Shown piece by piece: positions 10,262-20,033 of a stretch of DNA of 64,000 nt (position 1 is its first letter; each line of letters starts with the position of its first letter). The notes under the pieces are model-generated. The model made no database searches and was not told the origin of the DNA. It worked only from the letters and a program-made list of their open reading frames with translations. The stretch lies in contig CAVDUB010000001.1 in assembly GCA_963612025.1 (NCBI GenBank), positions 7,323 to 71,322 on the forward strand. The letters are read 5' to 3'. A program made the translations under genes and the position numbers. Source of the stretch: a bacterium. Its GTDB lineage: Bacteria > Bacillota_I > Bacilli_A > RFN20 > CAG-288.

Positions 10262-10729
10262 TTACTTTTCTTCTGCAAAGATAACAGCCCAGCGATTGTT
10301 GATTTCGCCATAGCAGTTGTCATAGAAGCGAACGAAAATGACGTATTCCTTCTTCTTGTCTCCGACAAAGACAAGGCTAGAGCCTTCCTTTGTATAATTG
10401 AAGATACGATTTTCATCATTCGAATAGATATCCAAAGCATTCTCGACTTTGAAGATCTTCTGGGCCAATCCTTCCAAGGTATAGCCGTGATTGTATCCGG
10501 CCATCGTCGGAATCTGATAAGCTAAATTCTCTCCGGCGATGAATTTGATCTCGCCCTGATGAAGTTTTCCTTCATAGACAAACTCATCCACGCAGGCTTC
10601 CGAAGAAAAAATCTTCTTCATCGGATGGATTTCGCCATAGCTCACATCATCCAGATAGATTCCGTCCTTCACATTGGTATAATCGATTTTCTGAACCGGC
10701 AATTTATTTCTCTTGTCAAGTTTCGCCAT
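10262..10729 (-). CDS. Hypothetical cytoplasmic protein (155 aa)
   Basis: Clean ORF with an AAAGGGGA SD and its own terminator. I recognised no motif. Confidence 0.6.
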   Translation of the reverse strand: MAKLDKRNKLPVQKIDYTNVKDGIYLDDVSYGEIHPMKKIFSSEACVDEFVYEGKLHQGEIKFIAGENLAYQIPTMAGYNHGYTLEGLAQKIFKVENALDIYSNDENRIFNYTKEGSSLVFVGDKKKEYVIFVRFYDNCYGEINNRWAVIFAEEK

Positions 10730-10965
10730 AACTTATTCCCCTTTCATAAATGAATTTCTATGTCTAATAGATGAACAATTAAATAATATGATATATCTTT
10801 AGATGAAAAATGAAAAGAATAAGACCGATTTTTTTCTTTAAAAAGTGGTTTCATTCTCCTTATTCTGACTGAAGTTTTGATCGCAAGCATGCATTTTCGT
10901 TTCGAATATTGTAAATCAATCGAAAATCAGTAAAATACTTTTATCGATTTAACAAGGAGTTTTTT

Positions 10966-11886
10966 ATGAAAAAAGAAATCTACCACTTCCCAATTCTCTA
11001 TCTTAGCATCAGTCTTCTCATCAGTCTTCTTGGCATCCTCTTTGGTTCCTTCTTCGATTTCTCTCTTTCCAGTTCGATTGTCAACACTTCCTCCCTGATG
11101 GGATCCATCGTAGAAAGCTTTGGGCTATCCATTGCCTTCTTTATCGTCAATCTCGGAGGCATCTTCTTATTTAAAGGGCTGAAACAATTCGAGAAGAAAA
11201 GCTATAAAATCATCGGATATGTTCTTCTAGCCGCCTCCTTCTTGGCCAGTGTCTATTATTCTGCCCACTACCTGATGAAAAGTGACAACAATATCACGCT
11301 TTCCTTTAATCCTTGGATGGCCTATCTCTTCGCTGTCCTTCTCATGGGAAGCTTCTTTGCTTTCTTCTTCTATTTCATCAAAGAAGGAGACAAAAAGACG
11401 ATGATCCTGATTGGAAGCCTCTTTCTTCTTTCAATTGTCCTGCAGACACTGTTCATCAATGGAATGAAACAACTCAACTGCCGACCAAGATACCGCTATC
11501 TCATCAATGACGACCTCAATGTGACGGGGGAATCCTTCCGTTCCTGGTGGGAATTCAAGCCGCTTAGCGAAAACAATGACTACCACAAATCCTGGCCGAG
11601 CGGGCATACCGCCACAGTGAGTGTCCTTCTGCTTCTTCCTCTTATTTCCGATTTCCTCAAGTACCCCATCCGGAACGGAAAAACCGTTCTCTTCTCTTTA
11701 AGTCTTGCCTATGTTCTTTTTGTCGCATTCTATAGAATTCAATGCGGAGCCCACTTCCTAAGCGACGTCTCCTTCGGATTGTTCTTCGTCACCATCCTTA
11801 TTTTTCTCCTTCTTCTTCTTGCTCAATTCCTTGAGAAAAAGATTCCATCCAAGCAGGTTGAGGAAAACAAATCCACCGAAGAGTAA
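10966..11886 (+). CDS. PAP2-family membrane phosphatase
   Basis: AAGGAG SD and multiple TM helices. PAP2 motifs are present: K...RPR, PSGHT and SR...(A)H...D (CGAHFLSD). Confidence 0.75.
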   Translation: MKKEIYHFPILYLSISLLISLLGILFGSFFDFSLSSSIVNTSSLMGSIVESFGLSIAFFIVNLGGIFLFKGLKQFEKKSYKIIGYVLLAASFLASVYYSAHYLMKSDNNITLSFNPWMAYLFAVLLMGSFFAFFFYFIKEGDKKTMILIGSLFLLSIVLQTLFINGMKQLNCRPRYRYLINDDLNVTGESFRSWWEFKPLSENNDYHKSWPSGHTATVSVLLLLPLISDFLKYPIRNGKTVLFSLSLAYVLFVAFYRIQCGAHFLSDVSFGLFFVTILIFLLLLLAQFLEKKIPSKQVEENKSTEE

Positions 11887-11914
11887 AGAAGATCCCATGC
11901 GGTCTTCTTTTTTT
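11886..11914 (+). terminator. Rho-independent terminator
   Basis: An AAGAAGATC-ccatgc-GGTCTTCTT hairpin is followed by T7. Confidence 0.6.
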
Positions 11915-12310
11915 ATGAGAAGAGAAGAATTGATAGACAATCCCCCTGGTCATCAATTTCGTCATCAATCATTTTTTGAACTCTTTTTTACAATCTAACG
12001 CATCGACAATCGCACATTGAGAAAGCCACCCGAAATGTCCTGACAAAGTATAGTCCCTTGCTTTATTTCTCAAATATTACGGCATAAGCCATTCGGAATG
12101 CGACTTCAGCAGAAATTCCGAGTATGGGGATACTATGACTATCAAATCATACGAAAATCGAGTCGATGGATTCTCTGCAAAAGACCAGGAAACAATTCCG
12201 ATAAATTCATAAAAAGAATTCTGAGGCCTCAAACTCTTTTAACCAGTTTTTTGAATTTTTCTTTTGCAAAACAGCTTTGCTTCAGAAAAAATATGCTATA
12301 ATTTTTGTCT

Positions 12311-13003
12311 ATGGAAGAAATTAAATTTTGTCCACGCTGTGGGCATGGCAACAAAGGGACCTCTAACTTTTGTGAAAAATGCGGCGCATCGCTCAATAAT
12401 GAGGAAATAAATCCGAACAAACCGGTCACTTTTTCCAATGCGAATCAAAATCAGGCAGCAGAGAATTTCAATGAGGCACCGATTGTCGAGAAAAATACAA
12501 TCACGCTCTTGAATTATTCCCAGACATTGAGAAGAAATCTCTTCATCAATCCTTGGCCACTCATCTCTGGAAGCATCTTCCTTCTCTTCGTCATCGTTTC
12601 GTTCCTTATCACCTACTTCATCGATTCGACGATCGACACCTACTTCTTCCTGAATTTCATCTTCATCGGATTGGACCTCTTCTATCTCTTCTACTATCTG
12701 ATTGTCAGTCCACTGAAAACGATCTCCGCCTCAAAAAAATATGACGTGGAGAATTATCGCATCTCCTTCTATTCCGATCGTCTCAGGTATCAGCTTTCCA
12801 TGAATATCCAAGGCCAGGAAATCCGAAATGATTTCTTTATGCTCTATAAGGATATATTCAAGGTCAAGGAATACAAAGATATGCTGATTCTCGGATTCGG
12901 AGTCCAAGGACAGATTGTTCCTCTTTGTCTTCTAAAGGATGAAATCTACGAGAAGATCATTCCTCTTCTCCAGGATAGAATCAATCAGCTTCGCGGAAAA
13001 TAA
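12311..13003 (+). CDS. Zinc-ribbon membrane protein with YcxB-like C-terminal region
   Basis: N-terminal CPRCGH...CEKCG zinc ribbon, two TM helices, then a soluble C-domain. ATG 12311 is preferred over TTG 12305. An extended -10 (TGcTATAAT) ends 8 nt upstream. Confidence 0.65.
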   Translation: MEEIKFCPRCGHGNKGTSNFCEKCGASLNNEEINPNKPVTFSNANQNQAAENFNEAPIVEKNTITLLNYSQTLRRNLFINPWPLISGSIFLLFVIVSFLITYFIDSTIDTYFFLNFIFIGLDLFYLFYYLIVSPLKTISASKKYDVENYRISFYSDRLRYQLSMNIQGQEIRNDFFMLYKDIFKVKEYKDMLILGFGVQGQIVPLCLLKDEIYEKIIPLLQDRINQLRGK

Positions 13004-13009
13004 AGTCGT

Positions 13010-13043
13010 ACCTCATTCCCACTCAATGGAAATGAGGTTTTTT
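13010..13043 (+). terminator. Rho-independent terminator
   Basis: An ACCTCATT...AATGAGGT hairpin is followed by TTTTTT. Confidence 0.65.
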
Positions 13044-13357
13044 CATTAGAAAGAAAAAACACCTATGTTTTTTTAATCTTTTTTAAGAAATAAAAGAAGT
13101 TTTTAAGTTTCTTTTAAACTTCGCAAAAAGCTTGTAAGCGATTCCACGCAAGAATTTATTTTCGCTTTTATTTCTATATATTTTTATTATCTTTTAATCT
13201 TCAATTTCTAAAATATCTATATTTTTAATGTTAAAATCATTTAAAAGAGACTTCACGTCTGTTAACCTTAATTTTATAAAGCGAAAAAAAATATTTGATT
13301 TTTTCTTTCGTTCTTGTTTTTAATTTTTTCAAGAAATCGAGAGGAGAAAAATTAATT

Positions 13358-16300
13358 ATGAAAAAAGTCAATTTGCTTATTTTGCCTTTGATTGCCTTAT
13401 CCCTGATTGGATGCACAAGAAATGATGCTTCCTCAAGCGCAAGCAGCACGAGCGAAGCCCCGATTGGAGAAACATCAACGACAACCCCAGACGTTTCGTC
13501 GAGTTCGTCCTTGACGTCTTCTTCTGCCCCATTATCATCTCTTGAGGATTCCAGCGAAGAAGCTTCTTCCGAATCCTCTTCCTCCTTTGACCCCTATTCA
13601 GTCGGTTGGTCAAAGACGGTCACAGACAAGATGCTCAAATACCTTGGCAACACGGTGCTTCCCTATATCAGCCTTGGAAAATCCTCGCTTGTCGACGCAG
13701 AGTGGAGTGTCAGTTCGAGCGACTTTGGCATATTGAAGATTATGGGCACTGCCGAGTGGGATTCCACCTCAACGCCGGCCACCTTGACAACTCTTTATAC
13801 AAATGCCGGATGGACGATCGGAACAGGAACAACCAACAGCTTTACAGCCACGGATGCCACTGGCAAGGTCCATGTTGAAATCGGACCCAATTCCACATCC
13901 AGTTATAGTCCGGATCCGACATTGACAATCAAGGCTTCCTATGATGAAGAATATGACAAAACAGCCATGACGGCTTGGGACAGCGAAACAACCCAGGCGT
14001 TCCAGGATAATTTCGGTGTCGTTGCACCCTTTGTCTATCTTGGAACAGTCTATCCATCAAGCAGCTATAGTTCCTACTATGGCCAGCTGACCATCACAGG
14101 CGGAAAATGGAATTCTGCCGTTTTGACTGACGCCATGACGACGTTGATTGCTGCCGGCTATTCCGCTTCCATCACAGGACAGGTCCTGACAGCCACTGGC
14201 AAAGTCAGTGCCACAAGCCAGGATGAATTCAAAATTGTCATCCAATCTTCCGGATACACCGTACAGAAGATTTCCATGGTCGTCGAAATGACCGAAACCT
14301 TCGATCCAGCAAGTCAAACGGATTGGCCAACCACTGTAAAATCTGAAATCACAACAAATTTGGATGGCCATGACATCCCCTACCTCTATTTGGGAACCAA
14401 AAATCCAACCACCTACTACTGGACTTCGAGTGTCGAGCTCGACATCCGCGGTTCAAGCAAAATCACCGATGCACAGCTCGATACGATTCTTGCCAACTCC
14501 AAGTTAGCCTTCACAGAAGATGAAGGTTGGACCTTGAAATCAGATGAATCCACAGCCAGTACAAAGAGAATCACCTATCAGAAAACATTCTCCGACAACT
14601 GCATCATCAAATGCGTTGTCACAGAAAGCTATAGCTATGGTGTCGCCATCGAATGCTATCTAAGTGAGGGATTGGATATTCCAGCCACCTCGACAGCCTG
14701 GTCGACAGCGACTCAGACTCTCATGACAACCAATCTTGGCGGCACTGTGCTCCCCTATGTCTACCTCAATACAGCCACCGAAACAGCCGATTGGACAGAA
14801 CCGAATCTGACCATCACGGGCGGAACCTGGCTGAAGTCCATTGGCGACCATGTCAATGATGTCTATTCCAAGGTGAAGGATAGTTCTGGCGCCAATGTCT
14901 GGACAATCGATTTAAGTGACTATGATGGCAGCATAACCATGTCGGCCAAGATTGGCGATGACCGATTCGACATCACCGTCAAGAAGGAATACAGTTCGGG
15001 CAATGCTCTCATGACCATCAAATATACACCGAAATATGTTGTTCCGGCTGATTGCACATCCTGGGCAGGAACGGATGTCGAAACAGCAGCCACGGATCAT
15101 TTCGACGGACATGATCTCCCCTACGTCTATTTGAGAACCAAGACGCCGACAACGTATTGGTCAAGCTATTCCAACTACCTCCAGATCAAGGGCGGTGAAT
15201 GGGATGAAGAGATGATCACCGAGATGAAGAAGAGCTACAACGAGGCCAACGGCTGGACGATTATCACAGATACACCAGCAGCCGGAACAACCGCTGGCGT
15301 CTACAAGGTCAGCAAAGACTTTGGCGATGGATTCAAATTCGTTGTCAACTTAACACGCTATTCTTCTTATACCACCATTGCAGAAATGATGGTTTATGTC
15401 GAAGAATACTATTCTGCCACAAATATGCCGACAGCCTGGGATACCACAACAGCAGGAAAACTCTCATCCTTAAGCTATACGATTCCTTATGTCTATCTCG
15501 CTTCGAAGAATCCAAGCGCCACTGTCAGCCCAGGTTATTCGAGTTATCTCAATAAAGTCGATATCACTGGTGGAACCTGGAACGATCAGATCCTTGCCAG
15601 TGGCAAGTTAGCCCTCGAGAACGGCGGATTCACTTGCTATTTCTCCAAGAGCAGCTATGGCGCGTCCGTTGCCGGATACAAGAAGCTCAACAGTACGACT
15701 TTCCTGTCCGCTCAAATTTTCAAGAACTATTCTGGAAAAGCTGAATTCTATGTCTTTGAGACAGCCATTGCTTCTCCTGCCATCTCCACGACCGGAACAT
15801 GGGATGAGACAGTCAAAACCGGTGTCCAAACCTACATTTCCGATACAACCTACATGCTCCCTTATCTGAGCCTTGGCGATGCTTCAACGGATGTCACCTA
15901 TTCCACGGATTCAGAACATGCCACATTGACCAGCAACAAGAAATTGACGCATGAAAGAGCCTGGACCATCTATGAACAGCTCTTGGCTGATGGATGGGAT
16001 AACCTCTATATCAAGGATTCTGCCAGCGACCTGAAGGTCACGGCCAACAAGACCATTCCAAGTGGAGCCAAACTCTCGGTTGAAATCGACAACTGGTCGA
16101 CAGCCAAGTGCTACCTCTACTACAATCCTCCATTTGTCGCCCCTGAAGGAACCACCAGTTGGTCGAGCGACGTCACAAACCTATTGACCACCAACTTCGG
16201 CCATACGCTTCCTTACTTCTATATTGGCGCCGCAAATCCGACTGCCAGCTATTCTTCCTACTACAATTGTGTCACTCTCACCGGTCAGACATGGAATGAT

Positions 16301-16519
16301 GCTGTCTATGACAACGCCATCGCCGCCTTTGATGCGGACAAGGATATCGAAGACGCGAGTAAATCCGCTTGGACATATATGTACGACTATTCGGATGACG
16401 AATATCCAATTCTTGTCGCAACCAGGAAATTCTCTGATGACAAACACATGACTGTCAAAGTCATCCATTACACCTACAATTCCCAGGAATATCCTAAGGT
16501 TGAAATTTACTGCAGATAA
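13358..16519 (+). CDS. Large repeat lipoprotein LP2 (8 modules), unknown function
   Basis: GAGGAG SD. MKKVNLLILPLIALSLIGC lipobox, Ser/Thr tether, and collinear homology to LP1 and LP3. Confidence 0.85.
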   Translation: MKKVNLLILPLIALSLIGCTRNDASSSASSTSEAPIGETSTTTPDVSSSSSLTSSSAPLSSLEDSSEEASSESSSSFDPYSVGWSKTVTDKMLKYLGNTVLPYISLGKSSLVDAEWSVSSSDFGILKIMGTAEWDSTSTPATLTTLYTNAGWTIGTGTTNSFTATDATGKVHVEIGPNSTSSYSPDPTLTIKASYDEEYDKTAMTAWDSETTQAFQDNFGVVAPFVYLGTVYPSSSYSSYYGQLTITGGKWNSAVLTDAMTTLIAAGYSASITGQVLTATGKVSATSQDEFKIVIQSSGYTVQKISMVVEMTETFDPASQTDWPTTVKSEITTNLDGHDIPYLYLGTKNPTTYYWTSSVELDIRGSSKITDAQLDTILANSKLAFTEDEGWTLKSDESTASTKRITYQKTFSDNCIIKCVVTESYSYGVAIECYLSEGLDIPATSTAWSTATQTLMTTNLGGTVLPYVYLNTATETADWTEPNLTITGGTWLKSIGDHVNDVYSKVKDSSGANVWTIDLSDYDGSITMSAKIGDDRFDITVKKEYSSGNALMTIKYTPKYVVPADCTSWAGTDVETAATDHFDGHDLPYVYLRTKTPTTYWSSYSNYLQIKGGEWDEEMITEMKKSYNEANGWTIITDTPAAGTTAGVYKVSKDFGDGFKFVVNLTRYSSYTTIAEMMVYVEEYYSATNMPTAWDTTTAGKLSSLSYTIPYVYLASKNPSATVSPGYSSYLNKVDITGGTWNDQILASGKLALENGGFTCYFSKSSYGASVAGYKKLNSTTFLSAQIFKNYSGKAEFYVFETAIASPAISTTGTWDETVKTGVQTYISDTTYMLPYLSLGDASTDVTYSTDSEHATLTSNKKLTHERAWTIYEQLLADGWDNLYIKDSASDLKVTANKTIPSGAKLSVEIDNWSTAKCYLYYNPPFVAPEGTTSWSSDVTNLLTTNFGHTLPYFYIGAANPTASYSSYYNCVTLTGQTWNDAVYDNAIAAFDADKDIEDASKSAWTYMYDYSDDEYPILVATRKFSDDKHMTVKVIHYTYNSQEYPKVEIYCR

Positions 16520-16542
16520 TTATTCCCTTATCATCCTCTTAT

Positions 16543-16575
16543 AAGGCTGTGATTTCTCACAGCCTTTTCATTTTC
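16543..16575 (+). terminator. Rho-independent terminator
   Basis: An AAGGCTGTGA-tttc-TCACAGCCTT hairpin is followed by a T-rich tail. Confidence 0.75.
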
Positions 16576-16673
16576 TTTTTTATAAACCAAAGAAAAAAGT
16601 TTTGGAAAAGTTCTAAATCAAAGAAGATAAGAATATAATGAAGAAATATAGAATTACCAAGGAGGAATCCATC

Positions 16674-19600
16674 ATGAGAAAAAAGAAACAATTGGCCTTT
16701 CTGATAACCTTAGCCCTGCTTTATGGCTGCAGCAAGAACCCCGAGTCGATTTCTTCATCAAGCGGATATAGTTCGACATCATCAAGTCAGACAAGTTCCA
16801 CTCCTGCCATATCCAGTTCTCTTTCCTCAAAAGAAGATTCCTCCCCTTCGATGTCCACTTTTGATCCCTATTCCGTGGGATGGTCAAAGACGGTCACAGA
16901 CAAGATGCTCAAATACCTCAACAACACTGTCTTGCCTTTCGTCAACCTTGGAAAGACAAGTCAGGTCGAGGGCGAATGGAAGACATATGGGAATGATTAT
17001 GGTCTTTTGGAAATCTCCGGAATCAAGGAATGGGACGAAGCAAAGACACCGTCTCTTTTGACATCGTCTTTTTCTGAAGCCGATGGGTGGAATATCACAA
17101 ACAATACAACCGAGTCCTTCCAGGCCAACAAAAATAAAGTGTATGTCGTCATCGGTCCAAAATCCACCGAAGAAGAAAAAGTCGATCTCACATTGACCAT
17201 CCAGGCCTACTATGAAGAAGATTATGATTCTTCTTCCATCAGCGACTATGATGAAGATGTGAAAAATATCTTCAACGAATATTTTGGGTCACTTCCACCG
17301 TTCCTCTATCTCGGCGAAAGATATCCGATTGCCACGTTCTCCAAAAAGCAGAAAACGATCACTCTTTACGGAGGAAAATTCGATGCTCGTGTCTTGAGCG
17401 AGAATAAAACTGTTTTGGAGCAGAACGGATACACCGCAAAGATAGATAACAACACACTTTCAGCAACTGGAAAAGTTTCTTCCACAGGTGAAGATTCATT
17501 TTCCATCACGATTTCACAAAGCGATGATGAGATTAAAAAGACAATCATGGAAGTCAGACTCATCGAAAAATATGACGCAACAAAAATAACCTCTTGGCCA
17601 ACGCGTGTCAGCCAGGAATTCAGTAATTACCTCGATGGACATACAATCCCCTATCTCTATTTGGGTACCCGGCTTGTCACCGCTGAATATCGTTCATCCC
17701 TTTTCGAGCTCGATATCCAAGGCGCCAACAACATCCAAGAAGAAGAACTCGATGCCATTCTTTCTTCTTCCAAGCAAGTCTTCCAAAATGATGGGTGGAG
17801 TCTCATTAAGGATGAATCCACAGATATCTATTGCAAAAAAATCTCCTACCGAAAGAACTATTCGGACAATCATATCCTCAAATGCAATATCATGGAAGAT
17901 TCCACCTATGGCGTCATCATCGAATGCTATTTCTCGGAAGCGTTGGTTGTTCCCGAGGGTTCTACATCCTGGTCAGAAAACACAAAATCCCTCATGAGAG
18001 AAAATTTCAATATGGTTCTCCCCTATGTCTACCTCAACTGCGAGGAAGAAGTTGCCGTCTATGACAACAGCCAATCAAAAATGACCATCACGGGAGGTGA
18101 TTATCTCTCTTCCATGGGAGACTATATCGAGACTATTTATTCAAGCGAAAAGAATTCTTCCGATCAGAAGGCATGGGATATCGACGTCGATGTCTCTTCC
18201 GGCTACCTCTCCATGACTGGCAATTATGATGGAGACATTTACAAAGTGACTTTGAAGGCAAAAAATGGAAAAGCTGTTCTGACGATCACCTTCGTTCCAA
18301 AATACGTAACACCTGAAAGCGATGCGACATGGGACGAGGATGTCAAAAAAGCCTTTGAAGATCATATGGACGGCCATCTTGTCCCATACATCTTCCTTCG
18401 AATGAAAAAGCCGAATATCGACTATTCTCCGCTCAATAAGACCCTTCGACTGACAGGAAACGAATATGATGAGGAAATGATGAATGATTTCCTTACAAAA
18501 TACACAAGCGAGAACAATTGGTCAACGATCGAAAAGAAAGAAGCGACAGCACAGACTGCATCCTCCATTCATGTCAGAAAGACCTTTGCGGATGGCTGCC
18601 AAATTGATGTCAGCTTAGGAACCGTTTCGACTTATTCCAAGAAGGCACAGCTTCTTGTCACATTGAAAGAAGCCTATGACATCAATGATAGTACAACAAC
18701 TTGGGATAATGAAACTCAGAATGAAATCAATAATATGACTGGCGTCAGCCTTCCCTACATCTATTTAGGAAGCAAAAATCCTTATGCTTATCATATTGCA
18801 GGAGGAGAGGACGAGAACTATCTTGATCGCTTAAAGATACAAGGCGGCGGATGGAATGATGAAATCATCACCAAGGCCTCACTTGCCTTCAGCAACGACG
18901 GATATACAATCCTGGAAGGAAAGAATGAAGAAGCAAAATGTCTTATCGCCTATAAGAAGATCAGCACAGGCAATCATTTCCTCTTTGCCTTCCTTGAGAA
19001 AAGCGAAGATTCCCCAAGTCTCACATTCTATCGCTGCACATTGGAAAACATCGTCAATACAGGAAGCTATGATTCCTCTCTTCTTTCCCAGGTCAACGGA
19101 TATATCTGCGATGAAAACTATACCATGCCCTACCTCAATCTCGGTGGAACCATGTCCTTCCATGAATCCGGGAATTATGCCTATATCGCCGGCAATGGGC
19201 TTTTCTCTTTCGAGAGAGCCTGTGTCCTCTCTGCCAAACTGAAGAATGAAGGCTATGACCTCACCTTCACTTTGGAAGATGATTCCATCCTTGTGAAAGC
19301 TGAAAAGGAACTCTCCAATCAGGCAAGCATCAAATTGGTCTTGGAAAATGATTCGAGCGCGACCTGCTCGATCTTCTATCACCCGCCATTCGATGAAGAA
19401 AGCACCATCACGTCCTGGAGCAATGAGATTCAGACAAAAATGCAGTCGAAATTCAATCACGTCATCCCTTATTTCTATATCGGCTCTGAAACTCCGAAGA
19501 TTCAGAAAGATTCCACAAATTCTCTTTCAATCATCGGACAGACATGGGATGACAAAATCTTTGCGAATGCAATCAACGCATTCGAAAAAGAAAAAGATGC

Positions 19601-19763
19601 TTCTGAAAATTGTCTATGGAAATATGAATATTCATCCTCGGATGAAACAAAGACTCTGATTGCAAAAAGAACCTATGACGACAACACGACCATCCAGGTG
19701 AAAATCTATCATTACGTCTATCTCGAAATCGATTATCCCGTCGTCGAAATCAATTCATTGTAG
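16674..19763 (+). CDS. Large repeat lipoprotein LP3 (8 modules), unknown function
   Basis: AAGGAGGA SD. MRKKKQLAFLITLALLYGC lipobox, Ser-rich tether, and collinear homology to LP1 and LP2. Confidence 0.85.
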   Translation: MRKKKQLAFLITLALLYGCSKNPESISSSSGYSSTSSSQTSSTPAISSSLSSKEDSSPSMSTFDPYSVGWSKTVTDKMLKYLNNTVLPFVNLGKTSQVEGEWKTYGNDYGLLEISGIKEWDEAKTPSLLTSSFSEADGWNITNNTTESFQANKNKVYVVIGPKSTEEEKVDLTLTIQAYYEEDYDSSSISDYDEDVKNIFNEYFGSLPPFLYLGERYPIATFSKKQKTITLYGGKFDARVLSENKTVLEQNGYTAKIDNNTLSATGKVSSTGEDSFSITISQSDDEIKKTIMEVRLIEKYDATKITSWPTRVSQEFSNYLDGHTIPYLYLGTRLVTAEYRSSLFELDIQGANNIQEEELDAILSSSKQVFQNDGWSLIKDESTDIYCKKISYRKNYSDNHILKCNIMEDSTYGVIIECYFSEALVVPEGSTSWSENTKSLMRENFNMVLPYVYLNCEEEVAVYDNSQSKMTITGGDYLSSMGDYIETIYSSEKNSSDQKAWDIDVDVSSGYLSMTGNYDGDIYKVTLKAKNGKAVLTITFVPKYVTPESDATWDEDVKKAFEDHMDGHLVPYIFLRMKKPNIDYSPLNKTLRLTGNEYDEEMMNDFLTKYTSENNWSTIEKKEATAQTASSIHVRKTFADGCQIDVSLGTVSTYSKKAQLLVTLKEAYDINDSTTTWDNETQNEINNMTGVSLPYIYLGSKNPYAYHIAGGEDENYLDRLKIQGGGWNDEIITKASLAFSNDGYTILEGKNEEAKCLIAYKKISTGNHFLFAFLEKSEDSPSLTFYRCTLENIVNTGSYDSSLLSQVNGYICDENYTMPYLNLGGTMSFHESGNYAYIAGNGLFSFERACVLSAKLKNEGYDLTFTLEDDSILVKAEKELSNQASIKLVLENDSSATCSIFYHPPFDEESTITSWSNEIQTKMQSKFNHVIPYFYIGSETPKIQKDSTNSLSIIGQTWDDKIFANAINAFEKEKDASENCLWKYEYSSSDETKTLIAKRTYDDNTTIQVKIYHYVYLEIDYPVVEINSL

Positions 19764-19904
19764 TTTTTATCCTTTTGAAAAATCAATCCGATCATTCCGA
19801 TTTATTTCAGGAGCGGGTTGATTTTTCCTTTTCATGTAATTTCTTTTCCATGGGAACGCTTTACCGTTTTTTTCTTATCATTTTTTGATACACTAAAAGT
19901 AATC

Positions 19905-19993
19905 AATGAGTAGAATTGATGCGTCAAGTGACATCCGATGGGAGTTGCGGATGTACGAAGGCCATCGCCGCGGTATCAATTCGCATCCGCATT
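19905..19993 (+). ncRNA. THF (tetrahydrofolate) riboswitch aptamer
   Basis: The sequence AAUGAGUAG-AAUUGAU-GCGUCAAGUG-ACAUCCG-AUGGGAGUUG-CGGAUGU-ACGAAG...CGCGGU-AUCAAUU-CGCAUCCGCAUU matches my recollection of the THF-I consensus. All helices (P1, P2, P3) are base-paired. It lies directly upstream of a folT-like gene. Confidence 0.85.
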
Positions 19994-20033
19994 GATCATT
20001 TTCTTTGTCTGCTTCTCCCAGAAATGAGGTTTC

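Noticed and set aside
12098-12301. A 67-aa ORF in the long 11915..12296 intergenic region, and a 45-codon ORF at 49315..49452 in the 49152..49506 gap.
   Set aside because: Neither has a convincing SD, and their basic, low-complexity composition carries no motifs. The first runs into the promoter of the downstream gene. The regions may hold UTRs or sRNAs, but the sequence alone does not support a call.
13030-13357. A/T homopolymer runs (A7-A8) occur in the long AT-rich leaders of the LP genes. I considered them as possible phase-variation switches.
   Set aside because: The runs are short and are not positioned in a recognisable -35/-10 spacer or inside the coding sequences. No invertase or inverted repeats are present, and the background here is very A/T-rich.
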